64,000 nucleotides of DNA from a virus. The notes below the pieces were generated by a model, which was given only the letters and a program-made list of their open reading frames with translations, was not told where the DNA came from and did not search any database. Numbering within the stretch: the stretch's first letter is position 1; each line of letters starts with the position of its first letter. Location: positions 32,523 through 96,522 of IMG/VR virus record IMGVR_UViG_3300030012_003086; one strand, given 5' to 3'. Positions 48,254 to 57,017 of this stretch are shown one piece after another. The position numbers were made by a program, and so were the translations under genes.

Positions 48254-48642
48254 GCAGTGAAACCTCTCCCTTTACTTGGTTTTTTATTAGATATAATATC
48301 TCCATCTGAGTGAATGTATGCTTTTCCATCCTCAACTAAAGCCATTACTTCGCCCTTTATTTGAGCAGGGCTAAGTTTTTTCTTAAATTTTTTATTTAAG
48401 TGACTATAACCTAAAGCACCACCTTCTTTTTCTATTTCTCTTAAAATCAATCCTCTGATTGCTCCGGCTTTAGCCTTCTTGACTTTCTTTCCATCTTTAT
48501 CAAGAACACCTCTTCCAATTAGAACATCCTTTCTAGTAACTTTACCGTCACCGGATAAATCCTCTAAATCTTTTTCAAAAATCTGCTTTTCACTATCGGT
48601 TTTTTCATTACAGTGTCTTTTTATTATATCTTTCCAATTCAT
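48250..48642 (-). CDS. WxxIIK-leader protein (EF-hand/dockerin-like loop plus wHTH-like module)
   Basis: MNWKDIIKR; DLSGDGKVTRKD. Confidence 0.75.
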   Translation of the reverse strand: MNWKDIIKRHCNEKTDSEKQIFEKDLEDLSGDGKVTRKDVLIGRGVLDKDGKKVKKAKAGAIRGLILREIEKEGGALGYSHLNKKFKKKLSPAQIKGEVMALVEDGKAYIHSDGDIISNKKPSKGRGFTA

Positions 48643-49070
48643 GTTTTAGCCATCCTTTGTGTTTTTCTTTTACTTGATTCCTTTCTTGCCGAAGCAACTT
48701 TATGTGCAGCATTTAATCTCTTCTTTGTTTTGGGGTCTTTTGCTCTCCTAGCCGCTACTCTTGCTCTTTGTTCAACTAAATTAATTATTTGCGATTGTCT
48801 TTTATGTGGCTTAGAACGGAATGCCGCACTACTGAATGTATCTCTCACATCTTTAGCAGTTTTAAAACTAACGGGAACAGTATCTTTTGGATTTTCATCT
48901 GTGTATAATCTTCTTCTAGACCCTTTTGGCTTTTTACCTGTTCCTTTTTTGGGGTCGGTTTTTTTTATTTCTTTACTTCGACAATGTGCTTTACAAGTAA
49001 ATCCTTTAGTTTTATTTGGCCCACTACAAACGCAATAAGACATATCTTTCTTTAGAATATCTTGCCACAT
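48639..49070 (-). CDS. WxxILK-leader basic protein
   Basis: MWQDILKK; TAATG coupling at 49070. Confidence 0.75.
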   Translation of the reverse strand: MWQDILKKDMSYCVCSGPNKTKGFTCKAHCRSKEIKKTDPKKGTGKKPKGSRRRLYTDENPKDTVPVSFKTAKDVRDTFSSAAFRSKPHKRQSQIINLVEQRARVAARRAKDPKTKKRLNAAHKVASARKESSKRKTQRMAKT

Positions 49071-49867
49071 TATTTTGTCTTCCCCCATTTCTTACCTTTA
49101 CCTTTAGTTTTACAGGCTGATGGTGTAGGGCGACAAGCAGGATATCTTTTTCTTTTTTCACCGGAAGAACGACCACATGATTTGTAGCCACCACTTCCAT
49201 CGGGCGCATTACAATCAACCCAACCGCCTTTACTCCCTTTAGCACCTTTACGACCAAACCAATCTTTAAGACTTGATTCAGAAGAAGGCTTTGAAGTCAA
49301 TCTTCTTCTTTGTTTCTTTTTATAACGTTTAGCACTTCTTCTTCTTCGAGCCTTGCTCTTTTTATGAAGAATATCTTCCCATGCAGATTTTTTAACAGAA
49401 GCCATAGTTATATCAGTAACTGCAATTAATACACCAAACAGTAATATTTTCAAAAACATTCTATTATTCTCTATAACGTTAATTATCCCCTCATCAATAA
49501 ATTCTTCAAACAAAAAAGATTTTAGTTTTGTAATCATATTATTTATAGTGATATCAGATATGCTTTTTCTAATTATATGAATTAGTTCAGGATTAGAAAA
49601 ACCTTCATCCTGCGTGTTTAAATCCACTTCTTTTACTTTATCTAAACACAACAATATGATTTCACTGAGAATTACGTTAACAGGAGTATCTAAATTATTA
49701 TCATCAATATAATTATTATATTCTTTCAGAAATTTATCTGAATATGTATCAACAAGATTCTTCATATCGGGATGTATATAATTTATTTTATCATATAAAT
49801 TTGGCATAGCACTATCAAAAACATTTGATAAATCAATAGATTCCTTCAATATGTTATGCCAACTCAT
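49070..49867 (-). CDS. WxxILK-leader two-module protein
   Basis: MSWHNILKE; acidic helical domain, then internal WEDILHK and a basic Cys module. Confidence 0.75.
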   Translation of the reverse strand: MSWHNILKESIDLSNVFDSAMPNLYDKINYIHPDMKNLVDTYSDKFLKEYNNYIDDNNLDTPVNVILSEIILLCLDKVKEVDLNTQDEGFSNPELIHIIRKSISDITINNMITKLKSFLFEEFIDEGIINVIENNRMFLKILLFGVLIAVTDITMASVKKSAWEDILHKKSKARRRRSAKRYKKKQRRRLTSKPSSESSLKDWFGRKGAKGSKGGWVDCNAPDGSGGYKSCGRSSGEKRKRYPACRPTPSACKTKGKGKKWGKTK

Positions 49868-49872
49868 ATCAA

Positions 49873-50073
49873 TCACTTCTTAGATTTATTGCCCCAATTA
49901 GCAGCACCTACTTTACGGCATTGGACTAAAGCACCACTAGCGTAAGCGGAAGGCCATTTTTTATATCTACTTCTTACCTTATAATAACAAGCATCTTGTT
50001 TTTTACCAGACCTTTGGGTTCTCCTTCTTCGGAGTTTTTTCTTTTTTCTTTTAAGAATATCTTGCCACTTCAA
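49873..50073 (-). CDS. WxxILK-leader highly basic protein
   Basis: MKWQDILKR...DACYYKV...WPSAYASGALVQCRK. Confidence 0.75.
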   Translation of the reverse strand: MKWQDILKRKKKKLRRRRTQRSGKKQDACYYKVRSRYKKWPSAYASGALVQCRKVGAANWGNKSKK

Positions 50074-51431
50074 GCCAATATCCCCCCTATTCCTTCTAAC
50101 TCATCCATTACTGAAATTTTACAATTATCTTTGTATTTTTGAATGTCATCTAAATTTATATTTTCTTTACCAAAATCAAATCCAACATGGTCTTTATGAT
50201 TTTCCCACTTCATCAATTTGAAAATTTCGTCACACCTTTGCTTATACCAATCAGCCTTCTTATATGATTTTTTCATTCGTATCAACTCTATAAGTAATTC
50301 GGCATTTCCTTTCTTTAATCTAAAATGAGGAAGACACTTAGTTAGTAAACCCATAACGTCTTTTTGTGAATAAAAATTTAAACGATTTACGGGTCTAGTA
50401 TCTTGTGGAGATTTTTGGTCTAAATGTAATCTTCCAAAACCAATTGATTTATGCATCTCTTCCATGAATGCCCTGCCTCTTTCTCCGGTAGCGACCAAAC
50501 CAACTCTAGGATTCATATTACGGTCAAGAGTAATATAACCATCAGAGTCAATAAAAGCAGCAGTATAAGCCCATACATTTTTCTTTAACATAGTAGGGGC
50601 CTTGTAATAATTGCCCTTAACGGATAATATATCTAGTGACTTTGCTGATTTAGATATAGAGTTAGCATTGGTTGTTCTAAATAAATCAGCAGGCATTCTA
50701 TCATGTATTCCCTTCGCACTAATACCGGGGTTTTCACACACCATCTTTACAATAAAGTCATTTTGTCTGTCCTTTTTCGACTTAACTAAAGACTGATTAG
50801 AAACCTTAGAAATAGCATTTCTAAATTCTTTTTTACTTTGTCTCATAGTCTTGTATAGTGCAGAATAATCATCACAGTAAACCATTCCTGTTTGTTCTAG
50901 TTCAGCCTCCCAATACTTACACAAAGCATCAACGACTTCTCTTCTAGATTCCACATCTTTCATTTTGTAAAGTTTCTGTAAGTCTTTTTCATTAAATCTC
51001 ATTTTCTTTAAAGGCACTTCGTAAGGAGATAACCAAGAAATAGAATCTATACATTTCTGCAAATGGTCTGAGTAAGCATCAATCATTGTATCAATTACTC
51101 TTGTCATCTTTTCTCTATTTTCACCCTTAAGGACTCTTCTAGCCTTCCTCATCTTAGTGACTAAATCAGGAATAGTCTGTTCTTGTATGATATATTCATC
51201 GGGGAATGAAACAATATACTTTCTTGCTTGAGAAGCATTAATCCCTAAATCATTTGATAGTTTAGTTATCTGCTCATTCTCCGACATAACATATGTGTCA
51301 AAAGAAGCAGTGACTAAATCTTTATTTTGAGCATCTTCAATCTCATCCTCAACCTTTTCTTCTCTCTCAGTAATTCTAGACAACTCTTCATATTTGCTAG
51401 AAATTTCTTTTAATCTTTCAGCCTTCGACAT
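50070..51431 (-). CDS. protein with a C-terminal LAGLIDADG endonuclease domain
   Basis: YTAAFIDSDGYI, GFGRL, LPHFRLKK; long helical N-terminus. Confidence 0.8.
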   Translation of the reverse strand: MSKAERLKEISSKYEELSRITEREEKVEDEIEDAQNKDLVTASFDTYVMSENEQITKLSNDLGINASQARKYIVSFPDEYIIQEQTIPDLVTKMRKARRVLKGENREKMTRVIDTMIDAYSDHLQKCIDSISWLSPYEVPLKKMRFNEKDLQKLYKMKDVESRREVVDALCKYWEAELEQTGMVYCDDYSALYKTMRQSKKEFRNAISKVSNQSLVKSKKDRQNDFIVKMVCENPGISAKGIHDRMPADLFRTTNANSISKSAKSLDILSVKGNYYKAPTMLKKNVWAYTAAFIDSDGYITLDRNMNPRVGLVATGERGRAFMEEMHKSIGFGRLHLDQKSPQDTRPVNRLNFYSQKDVMGLLTKCLPHFRLKKGNAELLIELIRMKKSYKKADWYKQRCDEIFKLMKWENHKDHVGFDFGKENINLDDIQKYKDNCKISVMDELEGIGGILA

Positions 51432-51439
51432 AATACCAC

Positions 51440-52852
51440 CTAGAAATTAAGACCCAATGAATTCCTTTTAGGACCACTATCAAATAAACCTATATCATCT
51501 AACAGAATGAAGTTTTCAACTAATTGATATGTAGCAGCGTTAGCCAATGCTAAACTCATAACCATATCGTCATGTGCGCCTATTCCCTCAAACTTACCAC
51601 GTTCAGTAATAGCAAACATTGACAATTCCTCAACTAATGTTGAAGTAACTCTTCGGCTTTCTTCATTACCATAAGGAAAATTCATTTTTTGATTCTCTAA
51701 AGTCATCTGTAAATTAAGAATAATTTCCTGCTTCTTTCTTCTAGTGGTGTTGAAATCATGCACGTTTAAATCAGCCACCTGTCTCAACTCCTGTGTAAAA
51801 GATTTAGCGAAAGTATTAGTCTCAAAAAGAATAGCCTCCGGTCTGAAAATTTGACCTATCAATTTTACTTTGTTGATATTTTCTCTAAACTCAACATTCT
51901 TTGCCCGGTCAATGTAAACTATGGATTTGTTTTCATTCTCATCGACTTCTAAAACAGTAATTACATTGTAGTCTCCATCAGTGGATATAGCAGGGTCCAC
52001 TCCTACAAAATACTTGTAGCCTTCTCTTCTCATAGGTTTCAAAACCAAATCTTTATTCTTAGCACTATCCAAATATTCGGGATTAAATAAAGAAGTGCCC
52101 GTTGATATAGGAACACACATATATTCTCTTGTAAACATGAGAGAACCTACTTCAGCCTTTCTTGCCATTAGTGCATCATAATTCCATCTTTCGGGCCATA
52201 GCGGTTCGTTTAAAGAATTTAAACAAGGATATGTTCTAACTGTATAAGCCTCATTTTCTGCTAGTTGCTGATAAATATCTGTGTAACTAAAAGGAGTTCC
52301 GATTACTCTAAGAGAAGCAGTGTGGTGAAGTGTTGGTATCATGTCACCATAAAACCAATCTGTAACTTTCTGAATACCTGTCATACTAAACTCCTTTAAA
52401 GGGTCATCAATAATAATCTCTTGAGGGTGTAACCCACGAATCTGAGAACCTACTGACCTTTCTAGAATTTGATTTCCATTAGTCAAAGTAATATTACCAA
52501 TAGCCCAACCTCTAGCAGGTTTAAACTTCTTAAGCATAGGATGAGTAAACATCTTATCAATGTCTCTCATGTGAACCAAAGTCTGTTTTTGGTTAGAAGA
52601 AATGTAAAGCATTTGATATGGGGGTTCTTCAAAGATTAATTTCCATACAACCCAACTGTGCATAAATACAGATTTTCCGTGGTCACGACTACAAATAATT
52701 ACAGTTCTTTGAGTGCTATTCATCAACTCATGCCACTCTTGAATATAAGAGGGAAAATGATAACCTAATACATTTTGAAAAAAATATGGAAAAGAGTTAC
52801 GAGATAACTCCATATCCATCTGATGTTCAAAATTAAATGCTTCTAATTCCAT
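51440..52852 (-). CDS. terL: terminase large subunit
   Basis: SRDHGKS Walker A, IIIDDP Walker B, VIGTP, GVDPA, HDDMVMSLA. Confidence 0.95.
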   Translation of the reverse strand: MELEAFNFEHQMDMELSRNSFPYFFQNVLGYHFPSYIQEWHELMNSTQRTVIICSRDHGKSVFMHSWVVWKLIFEEPPYQMLYISSNQKQTLVHMRDIDKMFTHPMLKKFKPARGWAIGNITLTNGNQILERSVGSQIRGLHPQEIIIDDPLKEFSMTGIQKVTDWFYGDMIPTLHHTASLRVIGTPFSYTDIYQQLAENEAYTVRTYPCLNSLNEPLWPERWNYDALMARKAEVGSLMFTREYMCVPISTGTSLFNPEYLDSAKNKDLVLKPMRREGYKYFVGVDPAISTDGDYNVITVLEVDENENKSIVYIDRAKNVEFRENINKVKLIGQIFRPEAILFETNTFAKSFTQELRQVADLNVHDFNTTRRKKQEIILNLQMTLENQKMNFPYGNEESRRVTSTLVEELSMFAITERGKFEGIGAHDDMVMSLALANAATYQLVENFILLDDIGLFDSGPKRNSLGLNF

Positions 52853-54057
52853 TACATATCCTCCGGTGAATAAAATACGGGAAGTTTGCTATTTAATCTC
52901 AACCTATCATACATTTTCTGATGAAACCTACCCTTATCCATTTCACCTATTTTTAAACTTCTAGTCCTCATTTTACGGTGATATTTTCTTTTTTCATCAT
53001 TAGTCATGTTTTCATATTCTTCCCTTGTGTTCGTTTTACCTTTTATGCTTTCCCCACCATATTTAGGGGATGCAAAGGTAGGAAATTTGTAATTTCTTTT
53101 TTTATCAAGCCTTCCTCTCATTCTTATATGAAATTTTTTCTCTTCGCCCTCAGTTAGTTTAATCCTACCTGTATGATACTTGTGCTTTTCACTATTAGTT
53201 AAAGTTTCATAAACTTCTTGTGAAAGTTCTTGATATAGCAAAGGATTACCATGAGCGGTTTGTCGCCCTTTTATTTTAAATCTATTATTTTCTAAATCTA
53301 AAGAATAAAAATCTTCTTTCTTTGAGTTTGTAATTATTCTTTGATATTGCCTTGTATGAAATCTAGCCAATTCTTGTAATTCTACCATTTCCTGATATAA
53401 TGGAGATTTTTCATCAGTAACATTAACTCTTGCTTGTAGGTTTTTTAGTCTTTTATTGTAGGCCTCATATTGACTCGAATGCCATCTTTTTCTATCATCA
53501 GGACTCGCTCTTTCATATTGTTCAGCACTACGAATGTCCACTAAATTTTTAATAATGTTCCACCATCCTTTTGCCAAAGGCAATCCTTTAACTGCCCATT
53601 TAGCCCCTCTAGGGTGGTCATCATAATATTCTTTGAATGCCTTAATAGTATTATCATTAGCATATTTTCCTAACTCTTTATCTGTTGGAGTTACCGACCA
53701 ACCTCTCTTTTCAAAAGACTTAGCCCATTCTTCATTAGGCATAACAGTTGAAGAAATACCTGTTATGTAAGGACCGGAAGTATTTCTCTCAAGATGTCTA
53801 TCTAACTGCTGATAATGATTGTTGCCTCTTTCAGATTCAATGACAAATGCACCACCTCTAGTAGTGAATTCTCCTTTCTTACCATAACCAATCGCAGCAA
53901 TAGGCAGGCCGTCTTGTAATTTAACAAAGTAATCAGTTATAGGATAGAATGGGTCTAAAGGAGAATTCTTACTACGGGCAGCAGGAAATTCACTGTCATT
54001 ATTTGATTCCCACAAAGAAAACAATTCTTCTTTAGACATATCCTCTATCAAAATCAA
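52852..54057 (-). CDS. GNAT-like domain + internal WWNIIK + triple His-repeat domain
   Basis: PIAAIG...AFVIESERGNN (GNAT-like); three ~45-60 aa repeats. Confidence 0.7.
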   Translation of the reverse strand: MILIEDMSKEELFSLWESNNDSEFPAARSKNSPLDPFYPITDYFVKLQDGLPIAAIGYGKKGEFTTRGGAFVIESERGNNHYQQLDRHLERNTSGPYITGISSTVMPNEEWAKSFEKRGWSVTPTDKELGKYANDNTIKAFKEYYDDHPRGAKWAVKGLPLAKGWWNIIKNLVDIRSAEQYERASPDDRKRWHSSQYEAYNKRLKNLQARVNVTDEKSPLYQEMVELQELARFHTRQYQRIITNSKKEDFYSLDLENNRFKIKGRQTAHGNPLLYQELSQEVYETLTNSEKHKYHTGRIKLTEGEEKKFHIRMRGRLDKKRNYKFPTFASPKYGGESIKGKTNTREEYENMTNDEKRKYHRKMRTRSLKIGEMDKGRFHQKMYDRLRLNSKLPVFYSPEDM

Positions 54058-54323
54058 CCCTCTTTATTCTCATAATCAGTAATTAATTTTCTTACTTTCA
54101 TAGCGACTTTTTTAATTTCATCAGCAAGGTCCAAATACTGTTGACTTCTTCTTTTATCAATATAAGCAAACCTAGCCAACTCAGGAACAAGTCCATTTAC
54201 TCCCTTGTGAAATTTAGTTTTGTTCATAGTTTGTCGCAACAATTTAGAAACTTCTTCTCTAGGATATTGGATAGGGTTAGCCAAATCTAATCTCTCTGCT
54301 TTCAATACTTCTTGCCAATTCAT
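54054..54323 (-). CDS. WxxVLK-leader protein
   Basis: MNWQEVLKA. Confidence 0.75.
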   Translation of the reverse strand: MNWQEVLKAERLDLANPIQYPREEVSKLLRQTMNKTKFHKGVNGLVPELARFAYIDKRRSQQYLDLADEIKKVAMKVRKLITDYENKEG

Positions 54324-54327
54324 ATTA

Positions 54328-57015
54328 TCACTGCCTAAATGATGCTTTTATTAAATACACCTGCTCTTTGCTAATACCATATTCCTTTGATAGATTACCA
54401 TGAGCGTCATCGGATTTTACAATATTTTCGACTTCTAAATTACTCAAATCAATTTGATGATTATGATACATATCATCAATAAACGAACCTACATCTCTAT
54501 TTAAATCAAGGAAACCATAAACAACGGGTTTTCCTAATTGCTTTCTAATAACGTCATGGGCCTTTAACAACTTAGTTACTCTTTCCGGTAAGTCCTTCTG
54601 TCTTTCTTCGTATATTTGCATGATTCTATCATACTGTGATTTCATGTTATCATCTTGTGTTAGAACTCCTTGTTGTTCTAATAAGAAGTTAAACAACGCC
54701 ACTAGATATCTTCTTTGTCCAGCAGATTCAAAGTATTCAGAAACTCTTTCTTTAATTGTTTTAGTGCTATCTTTAGGGAATCTCTTGTCTTCTAATCTAG
54801 TATCTTCTACTTCATTCATCAGAATATAAATTTGAGTCGCTATCTCATTAGCAATTTGCTCTCTATTATTTTCTCCAAAAATCTCAGATATAGAATCCAA
54901 TGCTGCTTGTCCTGTTACAAATGTATTACTGTTTATTTGTAAGTTTCTTGCATTTTTAATCTCAAAGAATTCAGCAATATTAGATAAGTCATTAACTCCT
55001 ATTTCATCCACTTCTCCTTCGGATAGTATCTCATATGCTCGACCAAATGCAGACTCTAGACCTAACATATCTGCCCAAACACTGAATCCTCGGTTAGCCC
55101 TGCTAGTGGAAAATCTAGGATTATTAATTACAGTAAAACCTGCTTGGACAGGAAGAGAAAAATAGTCTGTCATTCTCTTAATTAGTTCTTTTAAAGGTTC
55201 AATAATCACTTTATATTTCTCATCTATTTGTGCTAGAGAAGGGTCATCATCAATATCTCCTCGGAAAAATGACATGGTTTTACCTGCTGATAGTGCTTCG
55301 CCATATTGAACGGTTGTTCCTTTGGGTTGGCCTTTAGTGGTTCTAGAAGCAATATGGAAAGCAAAAGGAACAGGTTCAGATTTATCGCCTACCTTCTTAC
55401 CTTCGGGTATTTCTCCTGCATCTTCCATTTCTTGAGTATAGGTTATTGGTTTTTCTTTTAGAGCATTAAGTAAGTCTTCTAAGAAATCCTTGATATCATC
55501 TTCTCTATCTAGTAAAGTTTCAGAATCCATTCCTTGATATAGACTATTAAATTTTGAATTTCTAAGAACAGAAGCAGGAAGATAATACCCACTAAATGCA
55601 ACTTCATCTTCTTCAACAATAGTAGTATCTTCTAATTCATCAGCCCACCTATTTAATTGGGCTTCATAAGTGCCGGTAACTTTTAGTTCACCATCAGCAA
55701 TATCATCCAATTCATCATCAATATACTCAATCAATTCATCATACTGTTCTTCTGAAATACTAATGAGTTTCTTTTCAGTATCGTCTTTCTTCAATTCCCA
55801 ACCTAAGAGAGGGTCAATTGATTCAAGACTGTTTTTCATTTGTTCAAATACTTCTTCATCTTTATCTTTGAATGCCATATCTTCAACTAATTTATTGTCT
55901 ATTAGTTCGGCTCCTTCTCTCAGGGCTTCATCAGCCGAACCTGCCGCAGCAGTTTGTATAGATTGCATAGCAGCATCTTTACTGCTCTGTGCTTCCTGTT
56001 CTATTCTTTGCATCTCTTTGACTTCTTCTTGAGACATTTGTGCATCCCTTTCGCCCAAACCTTTTCTGTCCTCAAATTGAGCATACATATCCTCAATTTT
56101 TTCTCCCACGTTGTTAAGTATCATCCAATACATTACTGTGGAATACAATCTTCCTAGAGCCTCCATTTGCATAGAATCTACTTTATCAAACTTAACAATA
56201 TATTGTAAATTCTTATTTGAATATCTATTCAAGACCTTTAACAATTCATCTCGATAGTCTTGAGGTAAACTCTTTTCTTTTGCTACCGCAGTTTTAAAAT
56301 CATCTAATGCTTCTTTGAAAAAATCATATTTTTCAAAAACATTGCCCCAATGATTATACACTAATTGTCTAAATGTTTTCTTACTTACATCAACTGCACC
56401 CAAAACAAAATCGAAATCTATTGGGCTTTCCATAGTTTTTGCAGGGGAAATATCTGTTCTATATCTCCCTGTTCTTTCTCTAGGTCTTTCTTCGCCCTCG
56501 GCTACATCTAATTCGTCTTCAATGAATAAATAAATTTCTTCAAAGTTATGAATCAGATTCTCAATTAATTCATTTTGTTCCATGTTTCTTAAAGAGGTAA
56601 GTGCAGAAGTTACTGTATCTAAATCAGAAGGACTGAATCCTCTTACTCTAAATCTCTCTGGCTTAAGACGAATACTTGCTAATTGCTGATAGCCTAACTT
56701 TTGTCCTTTTAGGGTTTCAATAGTCAAGTTATTGATTACGTTTCTGATTTGTCCTATTGGAGTGCTTGACATCTCACCTGCTCTTTCATCAGTTTTCTTA
56801 TCGACTAAAGACCTAAATTCTCTTTCAAAACGATTAGTGAATTTTTTAATTTCTTCTTCACTTCCCTTGTCCATCAAGAATTGCCTAAACTTTACAAGTT
56901 GTTGACGAATGGCTCTTTGTTTCTTTGCACCTTTCATAGCAGATATATCCTTGATATCATTTTCAGAAACATCATATTCTGTATTTAATTCGGATAAATC
57001 AATTACCTTCACCAT
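54328..57015 (-). CDS. large acidic hypothetical protein with C-terminal HTH
   Basis: 895 aa; ends LSKEYGISKEQVYLIK. Confidence 0.8.
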   Translation of the reverse strand: MVKVIDLSELNTEYDVSENDIKDISAMKGAKKQRAIRQQLVKFRQFLMDKGSEEEIKKFTNRFEREFRSLVDKKTDERAGEMSSTPIGQIRNVINNLTIETLKGQKLGYQQLASIRLKPERFRVRGFSPSDLDTVTSALTSLRNMEQNELIENLIHNFEEIYLFIEDELDVAEGEERPRERTGRYRTDISPAKTMESPIDFDFVLGAVDVSKKTFRQLVYNHWGNVFEKYDFFKEALDDFKTAVAKEKSLPQDYRDELLKVLNRYSNKNLQYIVKFDKVDSMQMEALGRLYSTVMYWMILNNVGEKIEDMYAQFEDRKGLGERDAQMSQEEVKEMQRIEQEAQSSKDAAMQSIQTAAAGSADEALREGAELIDNKLVEDMAFKDKDEEVFEQMKNSLESIDPLLGWELKKDDTEKKLISISEEQYDELIEYIDDELDDIADGELKVTGTYEAQLNRWADELEDTTIVEEDEVAFSGYYLPASVLRNSKFNSLYQGMDSETLLDREDDIKDFLEDLLNALKEKPITYTQEMEDAGEIPEGKKVGDKSEPVPFAFHIASRTTKGQPKGTTVQYGEALSAGKTMSFFRGDIDDDPSLAQIDEKYKVIIEPLKELIKRMTDYFSLPVQAGFTVINNPRFSTSRANRGFSVWADMLGLESAFGRAYEILSEGEVDEIGVNDLSNIAEFFEIKNARNLQINSNTFVTGQAALDSISEIFGENNREQIANEIATQIYILMNEVEDTRLEDKRFPKDSTKTIKERVSEYFESAGQRRYLVALFNFLLEQQGVLTQDDNMKSQYDRIMQIYEERQKDLPERVTKLLKAHDVIRKQLGKPVVYGFLDLNRDVGSFIDDMYHNHQIDLSNLEVENIVKSDDAHGNLSKEYGISKEQVYLIKASFRQ

Positions 57016-57017
57016 TG

